A DNA stretch of 63,255 nt, the filler included, from Octopus bimaculoides (lineage: Eukaryota): NCBI RefSeq assembly GCF_001194135.2. It is 5 parts of 4 records of this genome, joined end to end, with 100 filler letters (N's around TTAATTAATTAA, not from the genome) between each part and the next. Parts side by side here need not be neighbours in the genome. Positions count along the whole stretch, not along the records: positions 33,838 to 53,151 come from NC_068988.1; 4 more parts are not named here. One strand, given 5' to 3'. The notes under the pieces are model-generated. The model had not been told where the DNA came from. It saw nothing but the letters and a program-made list of their open reading frames with translations, and made no database searches. The position numbers were made by a program, and so were the translations under genes. Below, one piece after another: positions 37,872-50,025 of the stretch. The stretch's first letter is position 1; each line of letters starts with the position of its first letter.

Positions 37872-39829
37872 GAGACCTGCATACCCAATATCTCAGAGAA
37901 ACATTCAGCATCAGCCACTAACTTCCCATGGTTCTAGTCTTGCACTTTATAATAACTCACAATCTCAGGATCTTCACACAGCAATAGCAGCAGCTTTTTC
38001 AAATATACGTATGGGTGTGAGTGTGTATGTATTACGGGTAATAGTATGTCAAATGATGTAAAAATAATAGGACCATACAAAAAGTGTTCAAATCAATTTT
38101 ATACGTTAGCTGCAACTTAGGAAGAGATTCTGGGTAATCGAAAAGATATATAATGACCAGGCGATCAATCATTTAAACAATGTTATTCTATAGGAAACAA
38201 ATAGTCATTGACATCACATGTAACCAGTTGGAAAATATAAATACTATTTGGATGAACAAAACAATTATGCTATGTAAATCTTTTTTCTTTTCTTTCTTTT
38301 TTTTGTCTTTGGTCAGTGTTATTTCCTATTTTCTTCTATCTAGAAATCAAAGGAAGTAACTACTATTCCATTCAAACTTTGCTTTTGTGACCTGAACATC
38401 AACGTTTTGAAACAGACCTATTTTCCATTACATTTCAGACAGTTTCAGTGTGAGTTACTGAAGCAGAAATATCGTTATAACAAATATCCTGCTCATTTCC
38501 ATACAATTGCTTGTCAGTTGCTGGCCTTAACCGCTTGAGCCTGTCCTTTAGTGGCTGAAAATATGTGCATCTCTGATCATAAGCAGGAGTAGTGGAGGAT
38601 CATTATAGTTATGTGTTGAGAGTGATGAAAACCGATCGAAATTTCTACCCTGAGATTCTAGTCTTCTTCTAGAAGTGCGACTCTGCGTTATACAAATATA
38701 AATTTCGTGGTCAATAAAACTACTACGTCGTATCGTCTCGAAGCATTCGGACGAAATAATATTCGTTATGGATATTTTTAGTTTAATTTGATAAAATAAA
38801 AGATATCGGAAACCACTCAACTATATTAAGAAAAAATGCAAGTGATGTTATAATCCTTAAAATGTTAGATTGTTATAACACCCACTTCGGTATACAGTAA
38901 AATTAGTAAAACCAGTAAAGACGCGACTATCTCTGACCGCCTACTACGTACTCTGGTACTTCACGTACTTCTCTTTACCTATAGTGACTAGGTTATTCAA
39001 TTCGTCACGTGGGAGCGGTGTACCATTATTACTAATTCCTTACAAGTGAGTTTAAAGACAAAAATATTTTGGTGAATAATAGTGATGCGTGAAGCTGTCT
39101 ACTAGGTGATGATTAAGATATCTTTACAGGAAGAGGGTTAAAAATTCAAAGTGGACATATGTTCAACTGGAGAACTATGAAGTAGTGGACAAAATCTTTA
39201 AAAGGTCGCTTAACGAATACATGTGATATATAAAAAAAAAACTTTAAAATAAATGCGAAAATTGTTTCAAAATCACTCTATAACANNNNNNNNNNNNNNN
39301 NNNNNNNNNNNNNNNNNNNNNNNNNNNNNNNNNNNNNNNNNNNNNNNNNNNNNNNNNNNNNNNNNNNNNNNNNNNNNNNNNNNNNNNNNNNNNNNNNNNN
39401 NNNNNNNNNNNNNNNNNNNNNNNNNNNNNNNNNNNNNNNNNNNNNNNNNNNNNNNNNNNNNNNNNNNNNNNNNNNNNNNNNNNNNNNNNNNNNNNNNNNN
39501 NNNNNNNNNNNNNNNNNNNNNNNNNNNNNNNNNNNNNNNNNNNNNNNNNNNNNNNNNNNNNNNNNNNNNNNNNNNNNNNNNNNNNNNNNNNNNNNNNNNN
39601 NNNNNNNNNNNNNNNNNNNNNNNNNNNNNNNNNNNNNNNNNNNNNNNNNNNNNNNNNNNNNNNNNNNNNNNNNNNNNNNTAACAATTTCTGCGTCTGTTT
39701 GACTTCCATTTAACAGTTGTAGTTTAAAAAAATCGTATTTACATTTCCTAAGCTTTCGCTGTCACAGTTTCACTCTCCTTTTCTATTCCCCACTCTATTT
39801 ATATGTACTCTTCCATTTTGTTTCTTTCA

Positions 39830-40000
39830 CTGAAACGCAGCCGCCATCTTTTCCTTTACGTTCTGAGTTCAAATTCCGCCGAGGTCGGCTTTGCCTTTCA
39901 TTCTTTCGGGGTCGATAAATTAAGTACCGGTTGCGTACTGGGATCGATCTATTCGACCGGCCGCTCCCCCAAAAGTTTGGGCCTTGTGCCTAGTGTAGAA
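39830..40000 (+). mobile_element. SINE-A, 5'-truncated
   Basis: ttacgttctgagttcaaattccgccgaggtcggctttgcctttcattctttcggggtcgataaattaagtacc. Confidence 0.88.
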
Positions 40001-40252
40001 ACGAAAACTTTTTTTCCCCACATTTCGACATCATAAATCCATTTTCCTCTCTTTCTCTATCTATCTTTGTTATTATTTCTAATTTCCACTCACTATGCCT
40101 TTCTTGCTCTATCTCCACTCTATTGTACAGCTCTATTTTTCTTCTTTCAACCTCTACTCTTCTCTCACGCTCACTTCATTTCTCTCCAAATTTCATTGTC
40201 TATTTGCCTAACAACTAAGCTTATTTCATAAATGGCCGCTTGTTACTTCTCA

Positions 40253-40322
<70 letters not shown>

Positions 40323-40835
40323 ATCTATCTACCCATCTACCTCCCATTCTCTCTTTCTCCATGTCTCTTTTCTCTCTGTTCCTACACTTTCGATATTCCA
40401 CTTATGTAGCTAGTTCATCTCTCTTTCTAAGTGTTTCTTTTATCTGCCTCTCTCTCAACATAACTACTGTTTTCTCCTTCTACATTACATATCACGTTTC
40501 ATTTCTTATATCCTCTCTATAGTTTAGAGCTACATCTTCCTTCTTTTCACGTTGTCTATCTGTTCAACTAGCGCTATCTTCCACCTCTCCCTATATTTCT
40601 CTCACTGCTCATCTCAATTATTGGTTTACTGCTGCTTGTTTCTGTCCTTCTCACACCCAATTGCTTACTTACGTAGCTAATCCAACAGATTTTATAACAC
40701 ATTCTTTCCCTTTCACCTCTCTTAATACTGTCACTGTTATCTCCATCCGCATTCCTGCATTGAGAGAGAAAAAGAAATAACAGCCAATAGGAAAACGGTG
40801 TGAAACTTGGCATTTTACACACACACGCACGCACG

Positions 40836-40902
<67 letters not shown>

Positions 40903-41189
40903 CATTCACCCGTGATAGTGGGTGGATACATTCTTAAGGTCTAAGCTTCATTAGCAAATTCTCAGCCAAAATGAATGCGATTTTCTTAGCAATCATGGTC
41001 CAGTCCTAAAATACATTTTGAGATAAAATAATTGAAATTTGGTTCATTAAAAAAAGTTAGGTCAAAATATGAGGCTAAAAATGGGAGAGGAAGGCAATAA
41101 ATTTACTTTGAAAGAAAATTTCTCCATTATTTTAATTAAAAGAAAAGTATTGATTAATTGGGTTTTAAAAAATGTAGTCATTGAGAAGA

Positions 41190-41700
41190 ATCTTTTGGTG
41201 AAAACCCCGTTGAAATGTATTTGCTACGATAAAAGTTACGTAGTTTTAAGTTACAAAAAAATGTTAAATAACACAGTGACAAAAGAATGTTAAATATCTC
41301 AGTTATTGTAAAAGAAAATTATACAATAATTGTGAAACTTACGGTGAAAATTTCGTCAAAAAATATTAGCGACAAAAAGATGGTGTGGCTTGAAGTGACG
41401 AAAAGGTGATCATTTTAACGTTATAAAAGGTTTCTAATGTTATAGGTCTCTTAATTTAATAGTGCAGGGCGCTTAACCGGGGTTCGAGAGGTACAGAGCT
41501 TGATAATCTGTGGCTGATCATTTTTTTTCATTTTTCTAAGGGTATTTAGCCGATCTAAGCTGCTTTCAAAGCTATTTCGTTTTCGAGATTTGCTGTAGAT
41601 GAATGATTCTCTACGAAAGGATCTTTTGGTGAAAACCCTGTCAAAAAATATTAGCTACATAAGAAGTCGTTTCACTTTAAGTGACGAAGAAATGATGACA
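41190..41700 (+). repeat. Ancient degenerate tandem-like repeat (about 75-bp motif, at least 3 copies)
   Basis: ggtgaaaa..gtcaaaaaatattagc.ac..aagtgacgaa motif at about 41190, 41338 and 41621. Confidence 0.65.
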
Positions 41701-41782
41701 ATTTCAGAAATCAAAAATCTTTTCTCTTGTTTACAATGGACGGATAGGTGTCCTCACCTTGTTTGTTGTTATCACATTCTCT

Positions 41783-41822
41783 AACGTTTCGGCTGATGTA
41801 CTCTCCAGCCTTCATCAGGTGC
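41783..41822 (-). ncRNA. Minimal hammerhead motif in the PLE 3' pseudo-LTR
   Basis: CAC-CTGATGA-A-GGCTG-gagagtacat-CAGCC-GAAACGTT. Perfect 5-bp stem II and palindromic ACGT stem III; the 3' strand of stem I is not evident in this copy. Confidence 0.65.
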
Positions 41823-41917
41823 TCTGAACCCAACCCTTTGTTTGACTAATGGAATACACTGTTGTCATTCCTAAGGTATGTTGCTGATATTATTTTTCTG
41901 TTGATATTATTTTTCAA

Positions 41918-41989
41918 GTCCCTGCCTGGGATTGAACTTAGAATCTGAGGGTTAGTAGCCTGCGCTCTTATTCACTACGCTAGATGTCC
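41918..41989 (-). other. tRNA-like sequence with Pol III A and B boxes embedded in the PLE 3' region; not a functional tRNA
   Basis: GGACATCTAGCGTAGTGAATAAGAGCGCAGGCTACTAACCCTCAGATTCTAAGTTCAATCCCAGGCAGGGAC: A-box TAGCGTAGTG, B-box GTTCAATCC, 72 nt, anticodon-loop-like CTACTAA. Stems are imperfect. Confidence 0.7.
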
Positions 41990-44889
41990 GTAGGCAATTT
42001 AGAGTGAATTTTGGGGCTTATAAACCTAGTATTTTATCTTTTCGTAATACCGGTTCCCATACTACATTCATATCTGCACTAGGTTTGCTTAGGAAGTTAT
42101 TGTGTCCTAACATATGTGCAGCCTCTTTTAATTTTCGTATTTTCTTGTCGATTATTTTAACTTCATCCCACGGCTTTTCTATACATGATCTGCTATACCC
42201 GATTTTTCAACATCCCTTCGTGTCGCAGCTTTACAATATTCCTCTACCCTTACTTTAAGGGGACGGCATGTTTCGCTTTTGTATAACTTACCACAAGTGC
42301 ATGGAACACAATACACGCAGTTTTTGGTCATATTCTCTTCTATGGGTGGTTTTACTAGGAGACGGTATTTGCGAAGTGCTGTATTAATTCTGCATACTGT
42401 CCTGATGTCATAAGGGCCGCATATCTTTTATATCTTTTCCGACAGGCTTTTGACATAGGTTAGACAGACTGTGCTCACTTTATGGGTTTCTATTCTTAAT
42501 TGGAGTGGATAGTATGCTCTTTGGGTAGTTGTTGCATAGCAGATAGTTTCTTAGCCTTATAATTTCTTCCTAATGTATATCAGGATCGCTACTTATAGTC
42601 TTTGCTATAGTCTTTTTTAGGCACTGAGCAATCCCTCTCTTTATGCGGTATAGATGGTGGGAATTGAAGTTATAGTGTATGGATGGTGGGAATTGTCCAG
42701 TGAAGGTTGGCTTGCGGAATACAGATGTCTTGAACTCATACTCAGTGCGTGTTATTAATACGTCCGGAATGCCAGCTGATTGTCCTTTTCCTTTTCCATT
42801 GTGAACTGTATGGATGGCTTTATTGAGTTCACGTGATCTAGTAGTACTTGGACATCCTCCTGGTGGGGGCCAGAGTATGAAGGTGTCATTAGCATATCAA
42901 AGCCACAGGGTTGGCTTTAGTGGTGTTGATTCTAAAGCCAAATTCTCAAAGTATTCCATGAATGTATTGGCTATTACTGGTGATAATGGCGAACCCATAA
43001 CTAAACCCTCATTCTATCGATATATATCAGTATCTACTCTGAAGTAGGTAGTTTCTATGCAGAAAGTCGACATTTCCATCAAGGTCTCTATTGGTATACT
43101 AGTGCGTTCTTTTAGAGAGGTATCCGTCACTAGTTCGTTTTGAATCACTGATAGTGCTTCATTAGTTGGGAATTTGGTAAACAGATTTATCACTTCTAGA
43201 CTCACCATCTGGTTGGATCCAATGGGAGTATCCTTGATCAATTCTGTGAAGTGAGTGGAATTCTTCACATACGATGTTGACTTATCTGTTAATGGGCTGA
43301 TTATATCCACAAGGAAGCAGCTCAGTGAATGACATGCCGAGCCTCTAAAGGTCTTAATGGAATACCATCCTTATGAATCTTCAGGAGACCGTACATGTGT
43401 GGTAGCTTACTGTAGTGTTGGGTCAATTGTCTGTAGTTCATTGGTATGAAGTGACCCTTGTTCTTGATTAAGATCTGTGACAACTTCTTCTCTATTTTCA
43501 AAGGTGGGTCTTTCTTTATTTTGCTGTAGCTACCATCACTTATAAGACTTGCCAATTTTTCCGAGTATCCAGACTTGTTCATCACCATCGTAGCATTGCC
43601 TGGAAGTATTATGATGGAACTGTCGCTCAGTAATGTTTTCACAGCGAACTTTTCTTCCTTGGTGATGTTTGGTTTGGGAAGTTTCGCTTTCTCTAGTACC
43701 TGTCTTTCTTTCTACCTTAGTTCATCTCTCTGAGCTTTTGGTATCTTTATGGCTTCCTCCTCAATAGGGACTATTATGTCCAAATACGGAATGCATTTGA
43801 TGGTTATCGCAAAATCGAGACCTTTGTTTAGTACTGCTTCTTCAGAGTTGTCCAGATGTCGGCTACTTGCGTTAGTTACTACTTGCGTTAGTTACAATAA
43901 TTAAAGAGGAAATGCAACCACTTCAAGGTGGGGAAGAGCGGTGGTGTTAGGTTCATATAATGGTTGAAGGTTGAAAAAATGTTTAAAGGTTAAGAATCCA
44001 TTCATGTAGGGGTGTGGCGTTGTATAGTTATTTCAGGTCCATGGTGAATAAAGTCGGGAGAATCAAGAAGGAAGAAAAGGGCGTTGAGATCATACTATTA
44101 GTAATCAAACCTCTAAACATTCTCAGCAATTAGAGTAACATAAACATGTCAAGAAAGTGGGTAGGAATGCGATGGGGTAACTGCTGGCTGATACAGCTGA
44201 TACAGTGGGGCGACAGAGATGGCTGGATTTACGTACCTTGCCAGAAAGAAAAAAATGATAGTAGGAGAACGAGGCGTGTTTATCATACGGTTAGTTGCGG
44301 TGGGAATGTAGAGGAAGAGATGAGTGACTTGATAGATGAGTGACTTGATAGCATATTTACTTTTGAAGTTTGTTAAATAGTTTGAGGTAATGACAGACAA
44401 TAAAGATATTAGTGTTCTGGATCTAATCAGTCAAGACTTGAATTTTTCACAAGAGAAGTCCGTTCCGTTGTGGATAAGATTGCTCAACAATTTGCTTGAA
44501 ATATTAAAAATTTTAAATGCAAATGAATGGGCCATAGAAAAACATATCACAAAAGATATGTGAAAGTGAAATATATATTCCCCAAATCTGGCTTAAGTTT
44601 CATACTTTATACGATAGCTGACATTGTGAGAGAAACAGTATTTTGAGACATTTCTGTTTTGTGTATTTGTTTATCGACATTCGCGTACTGAAGCCGTGGA
44701 GTTTGGAAAAGGGAAACGAATCGAAGAATAACGTAGCAAAAACTTATTGAAACGGACTGCACTTGTTATCGAATGACAATTCTAATTCTCTATGTACTCA
44801 CTTTACATGAACTGAGCTATATTTAAGCTATTAAATAATTTCGAATTCAGATATGTGCAATTGTAAAAGTGTATGAGTATGTTCACATA

Positions 44890-44943
<54 letters not shown>

Positions 44944-45181
44944 NNNNNNNNNNNNNNNNNNNNNNNNNNNNNNNNNNNNNNNNNNNNNNNNNNNNNNNNN
45001 NNNNNNNNNNNNNNNNNNNNNNNNNNNNNNNNNNNNNNNNNNNNNNNNNNNNNNNNNNNNNNNNNNNNNNNNNNNNNNNNNNNNNNNNNNNNNNNNNNNN
45101 NNNNNNNNNNNNNNNNNNNNNNNNNNNNNNNNNNNNNNNNNNNNNNNNNNNNNNNNNNNNNNNNNNNNNNNNNNNNNNNNN

Positions 45182-45600
45182 AGCAGTGAAACTGTTCTAC
45201 ACGCAATTGTGCAGTGTCAGAAACTTTCGGAATTGTGGCTTTATGTTGAACAACTGCTATCACGTTTGTGAAGTGTCTATAATAACCGTCTTCCGGGTTT
45301 TATAGTAAAGATTGTTCCACCGCCCTCTCTGAACAGGGAAGGGAAGGTTTGTTGTCTCTCTGTAGTGGCTGCAGCAAAAGAAGTAGTGTGGAGGACACGC
45401 ATGAGAGGTTTAGTGACAGGCGTCTTCATCTTCAGCTTCGGTTTACTAAACTTTTTTATTTTCCGTTTTAAAAGAGAAATAAGGCTGGAGTGGAGATGCT
45501 TGCCACTCAGTACATATGAGAAAAGATGGAAGAAAGTTACAAGCATGTTGAGAGTGAATGTGCCTGCTTAAGGGAGAACATAACAGTTTCTTAAAGAGTT
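45182..45600 (+). mobile_element. Tx1/L1-clade non-LTR retrotransposon, 3' end
   Basis: ETVLHAIVQC (H and C of a CCHC knuckle), LWLYVEQLL, AKEVVWRTRMRGL, FKREIRLEWRCL..KRW. Typical Tx1/L1 ORF2 C-terminus. Confidence 0.72.
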
Positions 45601-45949
45601 CAGTGGAGGAACGTGGTTTGTGGGGTCGCACCCGTCCCTCACTCGATCATTATCATCCGATTTTATATATCATCATTAATTTCTAATCTTGTCATCTCAT
45701 TCGATCCCCCGACCCATTTGTCTGACCTCTCTTTGTCTCTACCTTTATGGTAAATAGAAAATCATTTATATTTATAGTCTTGAGTTTTACAGTTGGAATA
45801 AACAGGCTTCACACCTATCTGCATTATTACTCTATTCTTTGTAAGTAAATAAGAAAAATATAACAATAAGGAGATGAAATATCAAGCTAAATGAAAGTGA
45901 ACAGAACTACTACATTAATAATAAATACTATCTGGTGAGTAATGGCAGT

Positions 45950-46270
45950 TTGTTCATCTCGGACATGTTAAAACAAAAGATCAGAACGAGTGAAGCTAAG
46001 ATCAAAAGCTACAAGGAAACCTACGGTTCAAATAAAATCAACTGCTCAGAACAAAACCCAAACTTTTCAACAAAATTCTGGATGGAGTAGATGGGGATGA
46101 GGCAGAGTTCGTTTTGGAGCAAGATCTGGTCAGATGATGCACAAGAGGGCAAAATGGCTTCATGAAATGGAAAAAGAATTTAGTGGCATGGAGATACAAG
46201 AGGACATTACCGTCACGTTAGAAGATATACAAGCAGGAGTTGGTAAGATAATAAATCGGAAGTTAGCTTG
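45950..46270 (+). mobile_element. R4/Dong-like RLE LINE internal fragment (pre-RT region)
   Basis: MLKQKIRTSEAKIKSY, FWSKIWSD, AKWLHEMEKEF..ITVTLEDIQ. Confidence 0.6.
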
Positions 46271-46635
46271 CTTGTAACTAGTTCGGCCAATTTTCAGATG
46301 TTTTACTGTCTTTTAAAAAATGTATATTTTGCGAATGAAAAAAAACTAGATCCCAGTAGTTAGCCAGAGCATATAGAGAGGCGTTAATCTGCTAGTATGT
46401 GGATTCATCACACTGTTGTAAATTCTCATCGCTAATTCAATTTCGTACAATCTCCTCGAGAGAGCACTTCAAAGCCAAAGTTATTTTTTCCCCGGAAAAT
46501 TTCAGTAAGGGCACATTTCACCAACAGATAAACCTGGCTACCACTACTAACTACTACTACTACTACTACTACTACAATAATCGATGCGGTTATGCCTGCT
46601 ATTTTCCATAGTCGTAGTAGGGGGACAGTGATCAG

Positions 46636-46852
46636 TTACTTTTCTACTCTAGGCACAAGGCCCGAAATTTGTGGGGAGGAAGCCAGTCGATTAGATCGAC
46701 GCCAGTACGTAACTGATACTTAATTTATTGACCCCAAAACGATGAAAGGCAAAGTCGAACTCGGCAGAATTTGAACTCAGAACGTAACGACAGACGAAAT
46801 ACTGCTTAGCATTTCGCCCGGCGTGCAAACGTTTCTACCAGCTCGCCGCCTT
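46636..46852 (-). mobile_element. SINE-A, full length
   Basis: Reverse complement of the 19141 copy, ending ..ccagctcgccgcctt. Confidence 0.9.
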
Positions 46853-47630
46853 CAGGGATCAGTTACTTGAACCAGTAATGTAGTTTGGCTGGCAGGCACT
46901 ATGGAATCTGTTGGAATGTCGCTAGCTGCGAAACCACGTGGTGGTTTTGTATCATTCACGTTTTCGTTTTTGTTTATAGAGTTGGGAAGAAGGTTAATTT
47001 TCGATTTCTTAATAAAGTTACAGTTACTAACCTTCTTTCTATGTTCTACAAATGTTGCTTGTTGGCGTAGTTGCTTCGCAGTAAAATGATTTATTTCTGG
47101 ATGCAGATCGTCCCAATATGATTTCAATCAACTCATATAGCCAACAGCAGGGTTTTGTTTCGCTTTTTCGTAGCAGTTAAATAGATCATTATTCGATTCA
47201 TAACTCCAAGGGAAGTGTGTTCTGTAATTACGGTTCTTCTAAGCTAGAAAGAATTTGTTTACCTGCTGAGCTGTTGTTTCGTTCTGTTCTTCGGTTGTGT
47301 TGTTGTTGGTGTTGTGTCCAGCCATGTTGTTAGTAGTAACTCTCTGCATACTAAATTCAAGTTTCAGTCAAAAATCACTACGATCGTGTTGATTCATCTG
47401 AAGATTAACCAGTTATTTAACAAGGCTGATAGTTGTGACTCCTAAGTTGGAGATAGTATTCATTGTATTTTCGATTAATAGTCTCCTACACCAAATACGC
47501 TACTTGACGCTTCGAGTATGTAATTCATTATTCAGTTTATTTCAAGATTTCTTGCCAATAGAGAAAGAACCGGTTTCTAACCTAGATCCAAGGTTCCCTC
47601 ATTGGAATTTCAACACCAACAACAGAGTAT
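46853..47630 (-). mobile_element. RLE LINE 5' end (about 46853-47520) directly preceded by a probable LINE 3' UTR end (about 47520-47630)
   Basis: MKSYWDDLHPEINHFTAKQLRQQATFV resembles R4/Dong N-termini. Minus-strand 47630-47520 ends in gaaataaactgaataatgaattacatac (AATAAA plus a catac tail remnant). Confidence 0.6.
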
Positions 47631-47703
47631 TTTTGTATGAATGTATGTACGTACGTACGTATGTATGTATGTATGTATATATGTATGTATGTATGTATGT
47701 ATA

Positions 47704-48148
47704 TGCCTCTTCTTGAGGAGTAGCCATTTTTTAGGGTTTCATTTTACAGAACCTTTCCCATCAACAGGGTACCTGTAAAACACAAATGCAACGTGCTTAA
47801 AAACTTTCATAACCACTTGATACTTAGAACAAATCTGATAAACGTATCTCATCAGTTGCTTTTATAATACGTTTTCGAAATTGTAAAGAGACTTTATGGA
47901 TACCCTGTATATTTAGAAAGCAATAAAAATCATGACATTATGTCTCCGTTTTAAATCTGAAATTTTCTTGTGCATGTAACGGATGACCTTTCAGAATCAT
48001 AATCTAAGGGACGTAAATCATAGTTCATAAAATTCGTAGTTACTTCCCTTGACGCCTAATAAATGTTCTCTTTTATGCCTTTGTCAGATTTACGATGTCA
48101 TTTAAAAACAATATTTTTTGCTGAATTTCTTTTGTCATTTATCATAGA
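47704..48148 (+). repeat. About 445-bp direct duplication of 51137-51588 (DD41D transposon end plus its flank)
   Basis: Near-identical sequence from tgcct..ttcttgaggagtagcc to gtcatttatc; roughly 95% identity by eye. Includes the TIR ..gagactttatggataccctg-ta. Confidence 0.92.
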
Positions 48149-48410
48149 CCAATAGCCAGATTACTACTGCTCACTTTGAAGGGTATGTGTTTGCAATCCA
48201 GGAATATGAAATATCAACCAAGTACCTGATGCAAAACGGGTTAGAGATGCGGGTAAAGCCGTAAAATGTGCCAACCGATGCAGACTTTGTGGAGTTTACA
48301 CTGAAGATATTACCCACATCATAAGTAGTTGTCCGAAAATGTCATTAGACTATTATCTACAGATGAGACATGACATTGTAGCTAGGACACTCCATAAGGA
48401 AACCTGTTGG
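48140..48410 (+). mobile_element. RLE LINE zinc-knuckle fragment, inverted relative to neighbours
   Basis: HFEGYVFAIQEYEISTKYL, CRLCGVYTEDITHIISSCPKM..RHDIVARTLH (CCHC). Homologous to the reverse complement of 49500-49790. Confidence 0.88.
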
Positions 48411-48419
48411 AAGGTTCTG

Positions 48420-48925
48420 CATTTGGGGATCAATTTTGTCTCTGCCAGAGCCAGCCTGTGTGGTATGCTACTGTTCCCAATGAAAGTTTGCTGGTACAGA
48501 TTGATAAGATATGGTCGATAGAATGTTAGCTTCTTGTACCAATATCAAAAAATCAAGTTTCTTCCAGGTGCTTTTCCATCCTGGACTTTATGGATCACAG
48601 TTGCAAGAATTTCACCATTAAGTTTGTAGCCTTCGATGTAACTCAGGAGCAATAACTTTTTCAAATTTCTTCCAGCCTCAGAGCATCTTGGTTAAATTCC
48701 TTCTCTTCGCTTCAGATTTTTCCTCCGGAAGGAGTCTATGTCTTCTCGTGAAAGAGCTTCCGTGATGTTTATACCTCCTCCTCTCATGTCTCTGTATACT
48801 GCTGCCTGATTGCAGTTAAATTTTTGTTTATTGTTCTTCTCTCGATTTTTCTCTTCTGATGTCAGAGTTTTTTCACTGAGAGATTTTAACTCCAGCTTCA
48901 AGCTAATCAGTTTGCAAGTTAGTGT
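48420..48925 (-). mobile_element. RLE LINE fragment, N-terminal part of RT
   Basis: EKNREKNNKQKFNCNQAAVYRDM, KAPGRNLI..YWYKKLT, LAETKLIPK. Confidence 0.78.
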
Positions 48926-49079
48926 CTCATGTATGTATGCATGTATGTATGTATGTATGTATGTATGTATGTATGTATGTATGCATGCATGCATGCATGC
49001 ATGTATGCATGTACGTATGTATGTATGTATGTATGTATATATGTATGTATGAGCAGACTTGTATGTATGTATGTATGCA

Positions 49080-49866
49080 TTCACATGCATATAGTTACAT
49101 AACTAGATATGATCCATATATATTTAAATGATAAACTTCTGGAGAGTTTTACAGATTTTTACAATTCCAGTGATGGATCGGATCTGTAGTCTTCAAATTA
49201 GCTTTCTCCTTTCTGGTTTTGAGAAGCCTAAGCCTAATTTCTCAAGATTGGTATTTAGGCAGTGTGTTACATATTCCAGGGCCCCCATAACTACAGGTAT
49301 AAACCTGAACTTGTAATCTGGATAGAGTAACTACAGATTTCTGAATAGTTCAGCATAGGTGTTTTCTTTTTCACTGATCTTCAGTTTTAAGTTAACATTA
49401 TATTGAGGTCTTCACTGGTACATTCCACCAGTATTCCTTTTTATTATGAATGGCTATGGCTTCCACCATATTGTGGGTTCTTATTTCTTTGTACTCGGGG
49501 TTATCCTTCCGATGGATTTTGTTATAGAATGTCCTAGCCACAACGTCATGTCTCATCTGTAGATAATAGCGTGATGACATTTTCGAACAACTGTTTATGA
49601 TTTGGGTGATATATACAGTGTAAATTCCACAAAATCTGCATCGGTTTTTACGGCTTTTCCCGCATCTCTATCCCTTTTGTGCATCAGGTACTTGGTTGAT
49701 ATTTCCTGTTCCTGGATTGCAAACGCATAACCTTCAAAGTGGGAGGTAGTAATCCGGCTATTTGTCCATGATAAACTGCTTTGATGATCGATGTTACTAT
49801 CATTACGGTGCTTTCTACTAACATACCCATGCATAGTCTTCTCCTCATTTAGGCTCATCCATTCAT
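49080..49866 (-). mobile_element. RLE LINE 3' portion (zinc knuckle plus endonuclease), bounded on both sides by (CATA)n
   Basis: SHFEGYAFAIQEQEISTKYL, RHDVVARTFY, EYWWNVPVKTSI, LYPDYKFRFIPVVMGAL; stop TAA at 49124-49126. (GTAT)n at 48929-49079 and 49871-49932. Confidence 0.88.
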
Positions 49867-49872
49867 TCGATG

Positions 49873-49903
<31 letters not shown>

Positions 49904-50025
49904 TGTATGTATGTATGTATGTATGTATGTATAAGACTTTTTTTTTATTTCAGGTTAGTTCACCGGAATGTGACACATGTAGCTATTCTATTATACATTC
50001 TCATAAAAGTACCAACGGTAATATA

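Larger units (their letters stand above)
41760..43880 (-). mobile_element. Penelope-like retroelement (RT plus C-terminal GIY-YIG), 5'-truncated and decayed, with 3' pseudo-LTR
   Basis: VLNKGLDFA, LPHMYGLLKIHKDGIPLRPL, YVKNSTHF, GLVMGSPLSPVIAN, YANDTFILW (YVDD position), then CVYCVPCTCGKLY..RPLKVRVEEY..SGIADHV (GIY-YIG). Many stops. Confidence 0.92.

Noticed and set aside
41918-41989. tRNA gene
   Set aside because: Acceptor and anticodon stems pair poorly and it lies inside a retroelement; treated as tRNA-derived. SINE heads were rejected as tRNA genes for the same reason.
47820-47860. CTGATGA with a GATAC/GTATC stem on the minus strand
   Set aside because: No GAAA after the stem, and the duplicate copy near 51285 lacks the core. 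It is part of the DD41D transposon end.
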